From positions 3,300,001 through 3,332,000 of the forward strand of contig NZ_CP066018.1 in NCBI RefSeq assembly GCF_016127575.1: a stretch of DNA of 32,000 bases, written 5' to 3'. The DNA is from Cupriavidus necator (GTDB lineage Bacteria > Pseudomonadota > Gammaproteobacteria > Burkholderiales > Burkholderiaceae). Shown here in pieces: positions 20,058 through 29,876 of the stretch; the first letter of the stretch is position 1, and every line of letters begins with the position of its first letter. Below the pieces are notes generated by a model. The model ran no database searches, had not been told where the DNA came from, and worked only from the letters and a program-made list of their open reading frames with translations. The position numbers and the translations under genes are program-made.

Positions 20058-20487
20058 GCTCTGTCCTCCTGGTTGGCCAAAGGCTGCGAGGGGCGTTCAC
20101 GGGCGTTTGGCTCGGAGCGCATCCGGAGTCACGCCGACAGATCAGAGACTAGCATTTACCCTAATTAGTTTCCCGGCGATTGGCCGGCAACGCTGGCTGA
20201 CAGCGCCCACGGCGCCTGCCAAAGTGCTTGCGGAAACGCTTGTAAGGGGCGGAATAGCAAGGGAAATCGGCCATGGGATATGACGCCGGGGCGACTGCCA
20301 AACGGGCCGGCGAAGGCATCTGCGATGGTATGATTAGCCCCAATTCTCGGGCCCGAGGGGTATTTTGAGGTGCTGGCGTCACGCCGCGCCGGCTCCCGCG
20401 CAGCCCGGCTTTCTGAACAGTGCAATAGCCCCGATACCAGGCCGACCCGGTTCCGATACCGGAGTGGCCGATACCACACGAGAAACC

Positions 20488-23400
20488 GTGCGACTATCCT
20501 CGATCAAGCTGGCGGGCTTCAAGTCATTTGTCGATCCCACCAATTTTCAAGTGCCCGGCCAACTGGTCGGCATCGTAGGTCCCAACGGCTGCGGCAAATC
20601 GAACATCATCGATGCGGTGCGCTGGGTGCTGGGCGAGTCACGTGCGTCAGAGCTGCGTGGCGAATCCATGCAGGACGTCATCTTCAACGGCTCCACCGCG
20701 CGCAAGCAGGCCGGCCGGGCGAGTGTCGAACTGGTGTTCGACAATGCCGAGGGCCGCGCCGCCGGCCAGTGGAGCCAGTACGCCGAAGTCGCGGTAAAGC
20801 GCGTGCTGACCCGCGACGGCACTTCGTCCTACTACATCAACAACCAGCCGGTGCGCCGGCGCGACATCCAGGACATCTTCCTGGGCACGGGCCTGGGCCC
20901 GCGCGCCTACGCCATCATCGGGCAGGGCATGATCTCGCGCATCATCGAGGCCAAGCCCGATGACATGCGCATCTTCCTGGAAGAAGCCGCGGGCGTGTCC
21001 AAGTACAAGGAACGCCGCCGCGAAACCGAAAACCGCCTGTCCGACACGCGCGAGAACCTGACCCGCGTGGAGGACATCCTGCGCGAACTCGGCAGCAACC
21101 TCGAAAAACTGGAAGGCCAGGCCGAGGTGGCGCAACGCTTCAAGACGCTGCATGCCGACGGCGAAGAAAAGCAGCACCTGCTGTGGCTGCTGCGCAAGCG
21201 CGAGGCCCAGCAAGAGCAGGAACGCCACCAGCGCGCCATCGAGCAGGCCCAGATCGACCTGGAAGCGCAGACCGCGCAGCTGCGCCATGTCGAAGCCGAG
21301 CTCGAAACCATGCGCGCCGCGCATTACGCGGCGTCCGATGGCATGCACGCCGCGCAGGGCGCGCTGTATGAGGCCAACGCCGAAGTTAGCAAGCTCGAAG
21401 CCGAGATCCGCTACGTGGTGGAATCGCGCAATCGCGTGCAGGCCCAGATCGCCGCGCTGACCGGGCAGCGCGAGCAGTGGCAGGGCAAGGCCGAACAGGC
21501 CACCGACGAGCTGGCGCAGGCCGAAGAAAACCTGGCCGTGGCCGAAGGCCGCACGGTCGAGGCGCAGGAAGCCGTCGCCCACAAGAACGACGAACTGCCG
21601 ACGCTGGAAGGGCAATGGCGCGACGCCCAGCAACTGCTCAACGAGCAGCGCGCCGGCATCATGCAGGCCGAGCAGGCCCTGAAGCTCGAAGCCGCGCAGC
21701 AGCGCAGCGCCGACCAGATGCTGCAGCAGCTGGAACAGCGCCGCGAACGCCTGTCGGCGGAAGAAAAGGGCCTGGACCGTCCCGACGAGACCCGCCTGGA
21801 GCAGGCCCGCGCCGAGCTGGCCGAGCAGGAAGCGCTGGTCGAGGAAGCCCAGGCCGTGCTGGCCGACGCCGAAGAGAGCGTGCCGCGCCTGGACGAAGCG
21901 CGCCGCGCCGCGCAGGCGCGCGTGCACAGCGAAGCCTCCGCAATCGCCACGCTGGAGGCGCGCTTGTCGGCGCTGCGCCAGCTGCAGGAGAACGTGCAGA
22001 CCGACGGCAAGGTGCAGCCGTGGCTGGCCAGGCATGAGCTGGCCGAGCTGCCCCGCCTGTGGAAGAAGGTCCATATCGAGCCGGGCTGGGAAAACGCGCT
22101 CGAATCCGTGCTGCGCGAGAAGCTGGCCGCGCTGGAAGTGTCGAACCTGGACTGGGTCAAGGCCTTCCTGTCCGACGCGCCGCCGGCCAAGCTGGCGTTT
22201 TACTCGCCGCCGGCCGCCGCCCGTCCGCTGGAAACGCCTGCCGGCCTGCGCCCGCTGATGTCGCTGGTCCAGATCACTGAGCCGGGCATCCGCGCCGTGA
22301 TGCAGGACTGGCTGGCCGATATCTATGTCGCCACCGACATGGCGCAGGCGCTGGCCGCACGCAACACGCTGCCTGACGGCGCGTCGTTCGTCGTGGCCGA
22401 GGGCCACCTGGTGGGCCGCAACGCCATCCAGATCTACGCCGCCGATTCCGAGCAGGCCGGCATGCTGGCGCGCGAGCAGGAGATCGAAAATCTGCAGAAG
22501 CAGGCGCGCGCGCAGCTGCTGCTGTCCGACGAAGCCAAGACCCAGGCGGTGCGTGCCGAAGCGGCCTACACCCAGGCCAGCCAGGGGCTCGGCGATGCCC
22601 GCGCGCGCGCCGAGCAGGCTACCCGCCGCGTGCACGCGTTGCAGATGGACGTGCTCAAGCTGTCGCAGGCGATGGAGCGCTACTCCGCCCGCAGCGGCCA
22701 GATCCGCGAGGAGCTGGACGAAATCCACGCGCAGATCGAGGAACAACGCGCCATCCGGGCCGAATCCGAAGCCAGCTTCGAGCAGCATGACGCCGCGCTG
22801 GCAGAGATGCAGGCCACTCACGAAGACCAGCAAATGGCCTTCGAGGCGCTGGACAGCAAGCTCTCGGGCGCGCGCCACCAGCTGCGTGATTTCGAGCGCG
22901 CCGCACAGGAAGCCCTCTTTGCCGAGCGCAACCTGGCCAGCCGCATCGACGAGCTGCGCCGCAATATCCAGGTGGCCGCCGACCAGGCCGAACGCATCGC
23001 CGAATCGCTGGAAAACGCCCGCGCCGAGCTGGAGACCATCAACGAGCAGACCGCGCATACCGGCCTGCAGGAAGCGCTGGAGCGCCGCGCCGAGAAGGAA
23101 GAAAAGCTCACCATCGCGCGCACCGAACTCGATGCGCTGTCGGCGCAATTGCGCCAGCACGACGAGCAGCGCCTGGCCGCCGAGCGCAGCCTGCAGCCGC
23201 TGCGCGACCGCATCACCGAGCTGCAGCTCAAGGAACAGGCCGCGCGCCTGAACCAGGAGCAGTTCAGCGAGCAGCTGACCGCGGCCGAAGTGGACGAGGC
23301 CGCGCTGGCCGACAAGCTGACCGGCGATCTGAAGCCGTCATACCTGCAGGGCGAAGTCACGCGCATCAACAACGCCATCAACGCGCTGGGCCCGGTCAAC

Positions 23401-24003
23401 ATGGCCGCGCTCGATGAACTGGCGGCGGCGCGCGAACGCAAGACCTTCCTCGATGCGCAGTCGGCCGACCTGAACGACGCCATCAATACGCTGGAAGACG
23501 CGATCGCCAAAATCGACCAGGAAACCCGCGCGCTGCTGCAGGGCACCTTCGACCAGGTCAACCATCATTTCGGCGAGCTGTTCCCGTCGCTGTTCGGCGG
23601 CGGCCAGGCGCGCCTGATCATGACCGGCGAGGAAATCCTCGACGCCGGCGTGCAGGTGATGGCGCAGCCCCCGGGCAAGAAGAACTCGACCATCCACCTG
23701 CTGTCGGGCGGCGAGAAGGCGCTGACCGCGATTGCGCTGGTGTTTGCCATGTTCCAGCTCAACCCGGCACCGTTCTGCCTGCTGGACGAGGTGGACGCGC
23801 CGCTGGACGACGCCAACACCGAACGCTACGCCAATATGGTGGCGCGCATGTCGGACAAGACTCAATTCGTTTTCATCTCACATAACAAGATTGCCATGGA
23901 AATGGCTCATCAACTCATTGGCGTGACCATGCAGGAGCAGGGCGTTTCGCGTATCGTGGCCGTGGATATGGACGCGGCGGTTTCGATGGCGGAGGCAGCA
24001 TGA
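20488..24003 (+). CDS. smc: Chromosome segregation protein SMC
   Basis: GTG at 20488 gives VRLSSIKLAGFKSFVDPT..., the canonical SMC N-terminus. It has Walker A GPNGCGKSNIIDA, long coiled coils, signature LSGGEKALTAIAL, and Walker B FCLLDEVDAPLDD. That gives 1171 aa. The TTG at 20365 in the track would add 41 non-conserved residues. Confidence 0.92.
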   Translation: MRLSSIKLAGFKSFVDPTNFQVPGQLVGIVGPNGCGKSNIIDAVRWVLGESRASELRGESMQDVIFNGSTARKQAGRASVELVFDNAEGRAAGQWSQYAEVAVKRVLTRDGTSSYYINNQPVRRRDIQDIFLGTGLGPRAYAIIGQGMISRIIEAKPDDMRIFLEEAAGVSKYKERRRETENRLSDTRENLTRVEDILRELGSNLEKLEGQAEVAQRFKTLHADGEEKQHLLWLLRKREAQQEQERHQRAIEQAQIDLEAQTAQLRHVEAELETMRAAHYAASDGMHAAQGALYEANAEVSKLEAEIRYVVESRNRVQAQIAALTGQREQWQGKAEQATDELAQAEENLAVAEGRTVEAQEAVAHKNDELPTLEGQWRDAQQLLNEQRAGIMQAEQALKLEAAQQRSADQMLQQLEQRRERLSAEEKGLDRPDETRLEQARAELAEQEALVEEAQAVLADAEESVPRLDEARRAAQARVHSEASAIATLEARLSALRQLQENVQTDGKVQPWLARHELAELPRLWKKVHIEPGWENALESVLREKLAALEVSNLDWVKAFLSDAPPAKLAFYSPPAAARPLETPAGLRPLMSLVQITEPGIRAVMQDWLADIYVATDMAQALAARNTLPDGASFVVAEGHLVGRNAIQIYAADSEQAGMLAREQEIENLQKQARAQLLLSDEAKTQAVRAEAAYTQASQGLGDARARAEQATRRVHALQMDVLKLSQAMERYSARSGQIREELDEIHAQIEEQRAIRAESEASFEQHDAALAEMQATHEDQQMAFEALDSKLSGARHQLRDFERAAQEALFAERNLASRIDELRRNIQVAADQAERIAESLENARAELETINEQTAHTGLQEALERRAEKEEKLTIARTELDALSAQLRQHDEQRLAAERSLQPLRDRITELQLKEQAARLNQEQFSEQLTAAEVDEAALADKLTGDLKPSYLQGEVTRINNAINALGPVNMAALDELAAARERKTFLDAQSADLNDAINTLEDAIAKIDQETRALLQGTFDQVNHHFGELFPSLFGGGQARLIMTGEEILDAGVQVMAQPPGKKNSTIHLLSGGEKALTAIALVFAMFQLNPAPFCLLDEVDAPLDDANTERYANMVARMSDKTQFVFISHNKIAMEMAHQLIGVTMQEQGVSRIVAVDMDAAVSMAEAA

Positions 24004-25211
24004 AACTGAACATGGACCTGCAGACCGCGCTGATCGTCGCGGGCCTGGTTTTCGTGGTACTGGTGTTCGGCTACAACCAGTGGCAGATCCGCAAGGCGCG
24101 CCGCCCGCGCGAGCTCAGCCCCGAAGACGACCTGCCGCCGATGCGCGAGCCGGTGGTCGGGCAGGGCACCGCGCCGGAAACCGCCGCGCGCCTGCACGAA
24201 GCCGCTGCCGAACAGGCACCGCGGCGTGAGCCGACGCTATCTCCGGCGCAGGCCACGGCCGGTGCCGCGGTGGCGACGGACAGCAACCATGCGGCTGCCG
24301 CCGCTGCGGCCGCCGCAAGCACCGCGGACGCCGACGAAGTCGTCGCCGAGGAAGTGTCCGTCGCGACCGCCGCGACGCATGCCGAGGCCGCCGAGGACGA
24401 GGCTGAAGCCAAAGCCGAGGCCACTCCGGCCCCGGTTCCCGCACCTGCACCCGCCCCAGCTCCGGTGGCCGCCGTGCCCGATGGCCAGCCCACGCCTGCC
24501 TTGATCGATCCGCTGATCGACTGCATCGTGCCCCTGCACCTGGAGCGCAAGGCCTCCGGTGACCGCATCCTGCCGCTGACCGGCCGGCTGCGCCGCGCCG
24601 GCACCAAGCAGGTCCATATCGAGGGCCTGCGCACCGAAGCCAATGCATGGGAGCCGGTCACCGCCGGCCACCAGTACGAAGACCTGCAGGTCGGCGTGCA
24701 GCTGGCCAACCGCGGCGGCCCGCTCAACGCGCTGGAATTTTCGGAGTTCATCACCGCGGTGGAGTCGCTGGCCGAGTCGCTCGACGCTTCGGCCGACCTG
24801 CCGGACATGAGCGAGACCGTCGCCAATGCGCGCGAGCTCGACGGCTTTGCCGCCGGCTGCGACGTGCAGCTGGGCGTCAACGTGATCTCGGATGGCGCGC
24901 CGTGGTCGGCGGCGTACGTGCAGAACGTTGCCACGCAGGACGGGCTGGTGCTGTCGCGCGACGGCACGCGTTTTATCCGCTACCAGGCCAATGCCGAGGG
25001 CGTGCAGCGTCCGCTGTTCACGCTGCAGTTCGGCGACACCAACTTCCTGCGCGACGACCTGACCGTCAAGGCCGGCCGCCAGATCACGCTGCTGCTCGAC
25101 GTGCCGGTGGCCGACCAGGCCGCCAGGCCGTTCAAGACCGTGTGCGAATACGGTCACACGCTGGCCCAGCGCATGGGCGCGCAGCTGGTCGACGACAATT
25201 GCGGCCGCTGA
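24000..25211 (+). CDS. zipA: Cell division protein ZipA, apparently truncated by a frameshift near the 3-prime end
   Basis: ATG at 24000 overlaps the smc stop (ATGA), with GGAGG upstream. The protein has an N-terminal TM helix (LQTALIVAGLVFVVLVFGY), a Pro/Ala/Glu-rich linker, and a C-terminal FtsZ-binding domain. The frame ends at ...GAQLVDDNCGR*, where ZipA orthologues continue. See the displaced tail at 25196-25324. Confidence 0.85.
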   Translation: MKLNMDLQTALIVAGLVFVVLVFGYNQWQIRKARRPRELSPEDDLPPMREPVVGQGTAPETAARLHEAAAEQAPRREPTLSPAQATAGAAVATDSNHAAAAAAAAASTADADEVVAEEVSVATAATHAEAAEDEAEAKAEATPAPVPAPAPAPAPVAAVPDGQPTPALIDPLIDCIVPLHLERKASGDRILPLTGRLRRAGTKQVHIEGLRTEANAWEPVTAGHQYEDLQVGVQLANRGGPLNALEFSEFITAVESLAESLDASADLPDMSETVANARELDGFAAGCDVQLGVNVISDGAPWSAAYVQNVATQDGLVLSRDGTRFIRYQANAEGVQRPLFTLQFGDTNFLRDDLTVKAGRQITLLLDVPVADQAARPFKTVCEYGHTLAQRMGAQLVDDNCGR

Positions 25212-25324
25212 CCGAGGCCTCGTTCGTCGCGATCTTCAGCCAGCTTGAAACGCTGTACAACAAGCTGGAAGCGCGCGGCATGCCGGCCGGTTCGTTGGTG
25301 GCGCAGCGCCTGTTCAGTATCTAG
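25196..25324 (+). other. zipA: Out-of-frame continuation of zipA (displaced C-terminal helix)
   Basis: In the frame with phase 25208 this segment reads (Q)LRPLTEASFVAIFSQLETLYNKLEARGMPAGSLVAQRLFSI*. By hand count, 34 of 38 third positions are G/C. It aligns by eye with the E. coli ZipA end [26 protein letters not shown]. Confidence 0.7.
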
Positions 25325-27466
<2,142 letters not shown>

Positions 27467-27480
27467 CCGGGGAAACAACC

Positions 27481-28014
27481 ATGATCCGCGAGATTCTCAA
27501 GATGGGCGATCCGCGCCTGCTGCAGGTGGCGCGGCCGGTGGAGCGCTTCAATACGCCGGAGCTGCGCACGCTGATCGAAGACATGTTCGACACCATGGAC
27601 CACGCCAACGGCGCGGGCCTGGCCGCGCCGCAGATCGGCGTGGACCTGCAGGTGGTGATCTTCGGCTTCGACCGCAACCCGCGCTACCCGGACGCGCCGA
27701 CCGTGCCCAAGACAGTGCTGATCAATCCGGTGCTGGAAATGGAGTCCGACGAGATGGAGGACGGCTGGGAGGGCTGCCTGTCCGTCCCCGGCCTGCGCGG
27801 CGTGGTGCCGCGCCACCTGCGGCTGAAGTACAGCGGCCATGACCTGATGGGCAACCGCATCGAGCGCGTGGCCGAGGGCTTCCATGCGCGTGTGGTGCAG
27901 CATGAGTGCGACCACCTGCAGGGGATCCTCTATCCGATGCGGATCAAGGACTTCAGGCAGTTTGGGTTTACGGAGGTGTTGTTTCCGGATCTGCCGCCGA
28001 ATAACGACGATTGA
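27481..28014 (+). CDS. def: Peptide deformylase
   Basis: 177 aa. The three deformylase motifs [18 protein letters not shown] and HECDHLQG are present. Confidence 0.93.
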   Translation: MIREILKMGDPRLLQVARPVERFNTPELRTLIEDMFDTMDHANGAGLAAPQIGVDLQVVIFGFDRNPRYPDAPTVPKTVLINPVLEMESDEMEDGWEGCLSVPGLRGVVPRHLRLKYSGHDLMGNRIERVAEGFHARVVQHECDHLQGILYPMRIKDFRQFGFTEVLFPDLPPNNDD

Positions 28015-28052
28015 AGAGCTGTGCGGCGCGGTATCGAACCCGCGCAAGGCGC

Positions 28053-28083
28053 AAAAAAACCGGTCCCCAGGACCGGTTTTTTT
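28053..28083. terminator. Bidirectional rho-independent terminator between def and the convergent pseudouridine synthase gene
   Basis: The sequence is AAAAAAA-CCGGTCC-cca-GGACCGG-TTTTTTT. It is a perfect 7-bp stem flanked by an A-run and a T-run, so it presents a U-tract on both strands. Confidence 0.85.
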
Positions 28084-28102
28084 GTGTCGGCGAATTCCGG
28101 AA

Positions 28103-29854
28103 TCAGAACTTCTCAAACTGCCCCAGGAACCGCCACTTGCCCGGCGGCAGGTCCCCCAGCACCACGCGTCCCATGCGCACGCGCTTGAGGCCGACCACCT
28201 GCAGCCCGACCTGCTCGCACATCCGACGGATCTGGCGCTTGCGGCCTTCGCGCAGCACGAAGCGCAGCTGCTCCTCGTTCTGCCAGCTCACCTTGGCCGG
28301 CTTGAGGGGAACGCCATCCAGCGACAGCCCGTGGCGCAGCAGCTCGAGATCATCGGCCGGGAATTCCGCGCTGATATTGCGCTCGACCACGCCCTGCGGC
28401 GAGTGCCAGATCACGCGCACCAGGTATTCCTTCTCGACGGTCGAATCCTCGCCGATCAGCGCGCGCGCGACGCGGCCGTCCTGCGTCAGCACTAGCAGGC
28501 CGGTTGAGTCGATATCAAGGCGGCCGGCGGGTGCCAGGCTCTTGCGTTGCCACGGGGCAAAGCGCTTGCGCGTGGGATCGCCTTCCCACTGGTTCTCGGG
28601 GGTGAACAGCACCGCGGCCGGCTCGTAGCCGTCTTCGGCCTGGCCGGAGACGTAGCCCACCGGCTTGTTCAGCAGCACCGTGACACGCTCGCCTTGTTCG
28701 GAGCGCGCTTCCTGCATGATCTCGATCTCGGCGTCGGGGCGGATGCGGCTGCCCAGTTCGGTCACGGGCTTGCCGTCGACCAGCACCCAGCCGTGCGGGA
28801 TCCATTCGTCGGCTTCGCGGCGCGAGCACAGGCCCAGTTCGGACATGCGCTTGGACAGGCGCACCAGGCCATCGTCGTGGCTGGACTCGGCGCGGGCGGG
28901 CTTTTCCTGGCGCGCGGCCGGTGCCTGCTGGCGTGCCGGGCCTGCGGTGCGGATGCGGTCGGCGGTGTCGCTGAAGCGGCGTGCCGGCGCGGTGCCTTCA
29001 CGGCGGCGCTCGCCCGACGGCGCGGGGCGCGGGCGCTGGTCGTCATCGCCATAACGGCGCGGACGCGAGTCGGCGCCTTCGAAGCGGCGGGGACGGTTCT
29101 CGTCGTCGCCATAGCGGCGCGGGCGCGAGTCGGCGCCTTCGAAGCGGCGAGGGCGGTTCTCGTCATCGCCAACGCGGCGCGGACGCGATTCGGCGCCTTC
29201 GAAACGGCGGGGGCGGTTGTTGTCCTCGCCAGCACGGCGCGGCGGACGCGAATCACCGCCCTCGAAGCGGCGCGGCGGGCGCGCTTCGCCGCCTTCGAAA
29301 CGGCGCGGACGTGCCTCGCCGCGATCGTCGCCCGTGCGGCGCGGGCGGTTGTCGTCGTCGCCAAAACGGCGCGGCGGACGCGAATCGCCGCCCTCGAAAC
29401 GGCGCGGACGTGCCTCGCCCCGGTCATCGCCAGTGCGGCGCGGGCGGTTGTCGTCGTCGCCGAAGCGGCGCGGCGGGCGCGCCTCGCCGCCTTCGAAGCG
29501 GCGCGGACGTGCCTCGCCCCGGTCATCGCCATAACGGCGGGGACGGCTTTCGTCATCGCCGAAGCGGCGCGGACGCGCCTCGCCGCCTTCCGGGCGGCGC
29601 GGGCGTGCCTGGCGTTCGCCGTCAGCGGGACGCGGCGCGCGGGCCTGCGCTTCGCCCTGGGCCGGACGGCCGCCGGTCTTGCCGCCGGCGCGCTCCTGGG
29701 CGCGCTTGATGCCTTCGGAGACGGCTTGCACGCGCTTGCGGTTCAGGTCGGACACGCGCACGGGGCGGGTACCGGTCTTGCGCGCGGCCGTGCCGGTGTC
29801 GCTGGCGGCCTTGATACCTAGCGTCTTGCGCTTCGGCGAATTGCTGTCGGTCAT
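28103..29854 (-). CDS. RsuA/RluB/RluF-family 23S rRNA pseudouridine synthase with a long N-terminal Arg-rich repeat extension
   Basis: ATG at 29854 ([10 protein letters not shown]...) lies 22 nt after the glnD stop; the track start at 29911 would overlap glnD. It has an S4 domain ([22 protein letters not shown]), the catalytic motif [15 protein letters not shown], and [15 protein letters not shown]. These align by eye with E. coli RluF. About 325 residues precede the S4 domain. Confidence 0.85.
   Translation of the reverse strand: MTDSNSPKRKTLGIKAASDTGTAARKTGTRPVRVSDLNRKRVQAVSEGIKRAQERAGGKTGGRPAQGEAQARAPRPADGERQARPRRPEGGEARPRRFGDDESRPRRYGDDRGEARPRRFEGGEARPPRRFGDDDNRPRRTGDDRGEARPRRFEGGDSRPPRRFGDDDNRPRRTGDDRGEARPRRFEGGEARPPRRFEGGDSRPPRRAGEDNNRPRRFEGAESRPRRVGDDENRPRRFEGADSRPRRYGDDENRPRRFEGADSRPRRYGDDDQRPRPAPSGERRREGTAPARRFSDTADRIRTAGPARQQAPAARQEKPARAESSHDDGLVRLSKRMSELGLCSRREADEWIPHGWVLVDGKPVTELGSRIRPDAEIEIMQEARSEQGERVTVLLNKPVGYVSGQAEDGYEPAAVLFTPENQWEGDPTRKRFAPWQRKSLAPAGRLDIDSTGLLVLTQDGRVARALIGEDSTVEKEYLVRVIWHSPQGVVERNISAEFPADDLELLRHGLSLDGVPLKPAKVSWQNEEQLRFVLREGRKRQIRRMCEQVGLQVVGLKRVRMGRVVLGDLPPGKWRFLGQFEKF
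29024..29614 (-). repeat. In-frame hierarchical tandem repeats (about 30-nt basic period; 3 x 60 bp and 2.4 x 99 bp higher-order units)
   Basis: The 60-bp units at 29041, 29101 and 29161 differ at 5-7 positions. The 99-bp units start at 29295, 29394 and 29493 (the last is partial). Together they encode about 19 copies of RP(P)RR(F/Y/T)(E/G)(G/D)(G/D)xx. Confidence 0.9.
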
Positions 29855-29876
29855 ATGTTGATGCTGCCCGCCCGCC

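Noticed and set aside
20647-23160. 837-aa ORF antisense to smc, plus several other nested ORFs in 20370-23865
   Set aside because: This is a shadow ORF of a high-GC gene. Its composition is dominated by Arg/Ala/Gly/Leu/Gln runs and it has no recognisable motif. The smc frame on the opposite strand carries Walker A/B and signature motifs and explains the region fully.
24120-24480. Low-complexity Pro/Ala/Glu region (AAAAAAAA, PAPVPAPAPAPAPVA) in zipA
   Set aside because: This is the known flexible P/Q/A-rich linker between the ZipA membrane anchor and the FtsZ-binding domain. It is not an independent feature.
25196-25208. Adjacent CAATTG (MfeI) and GCGGCCGC (NotI) sites exactly at the zipA frameshift, considered as a cloning scar or engineered junction
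   Set aside because: GCGGCCGC-type octamers are expected often in a genome this GC-rich. The flanking sequence is continuous zipA coding sequence on both sides. A simple 1-nt indel explains the frame change.
29024-29614. Tandem repeats considered as a possible CRISPR array or minisatellite outside genes
   Set aside because: There are no unique spacers between the repeats. All unit lengths are multiples of 3 and in frame within a CDS. There are no cas genes in the window.
28547-29821. 424-aa plus-strand ORF and repeat-rich ORFs (for example 29217-29534, [14 protein letters not shown] repeats) opposite the pseudouridine synthase gene
   Set aside because: They are mirror images of the in-frame Arg-rich repeats on the minus strand. 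Only the minus-strand frame connects to a bona fide S4 plus pseudouridine synthase domain.
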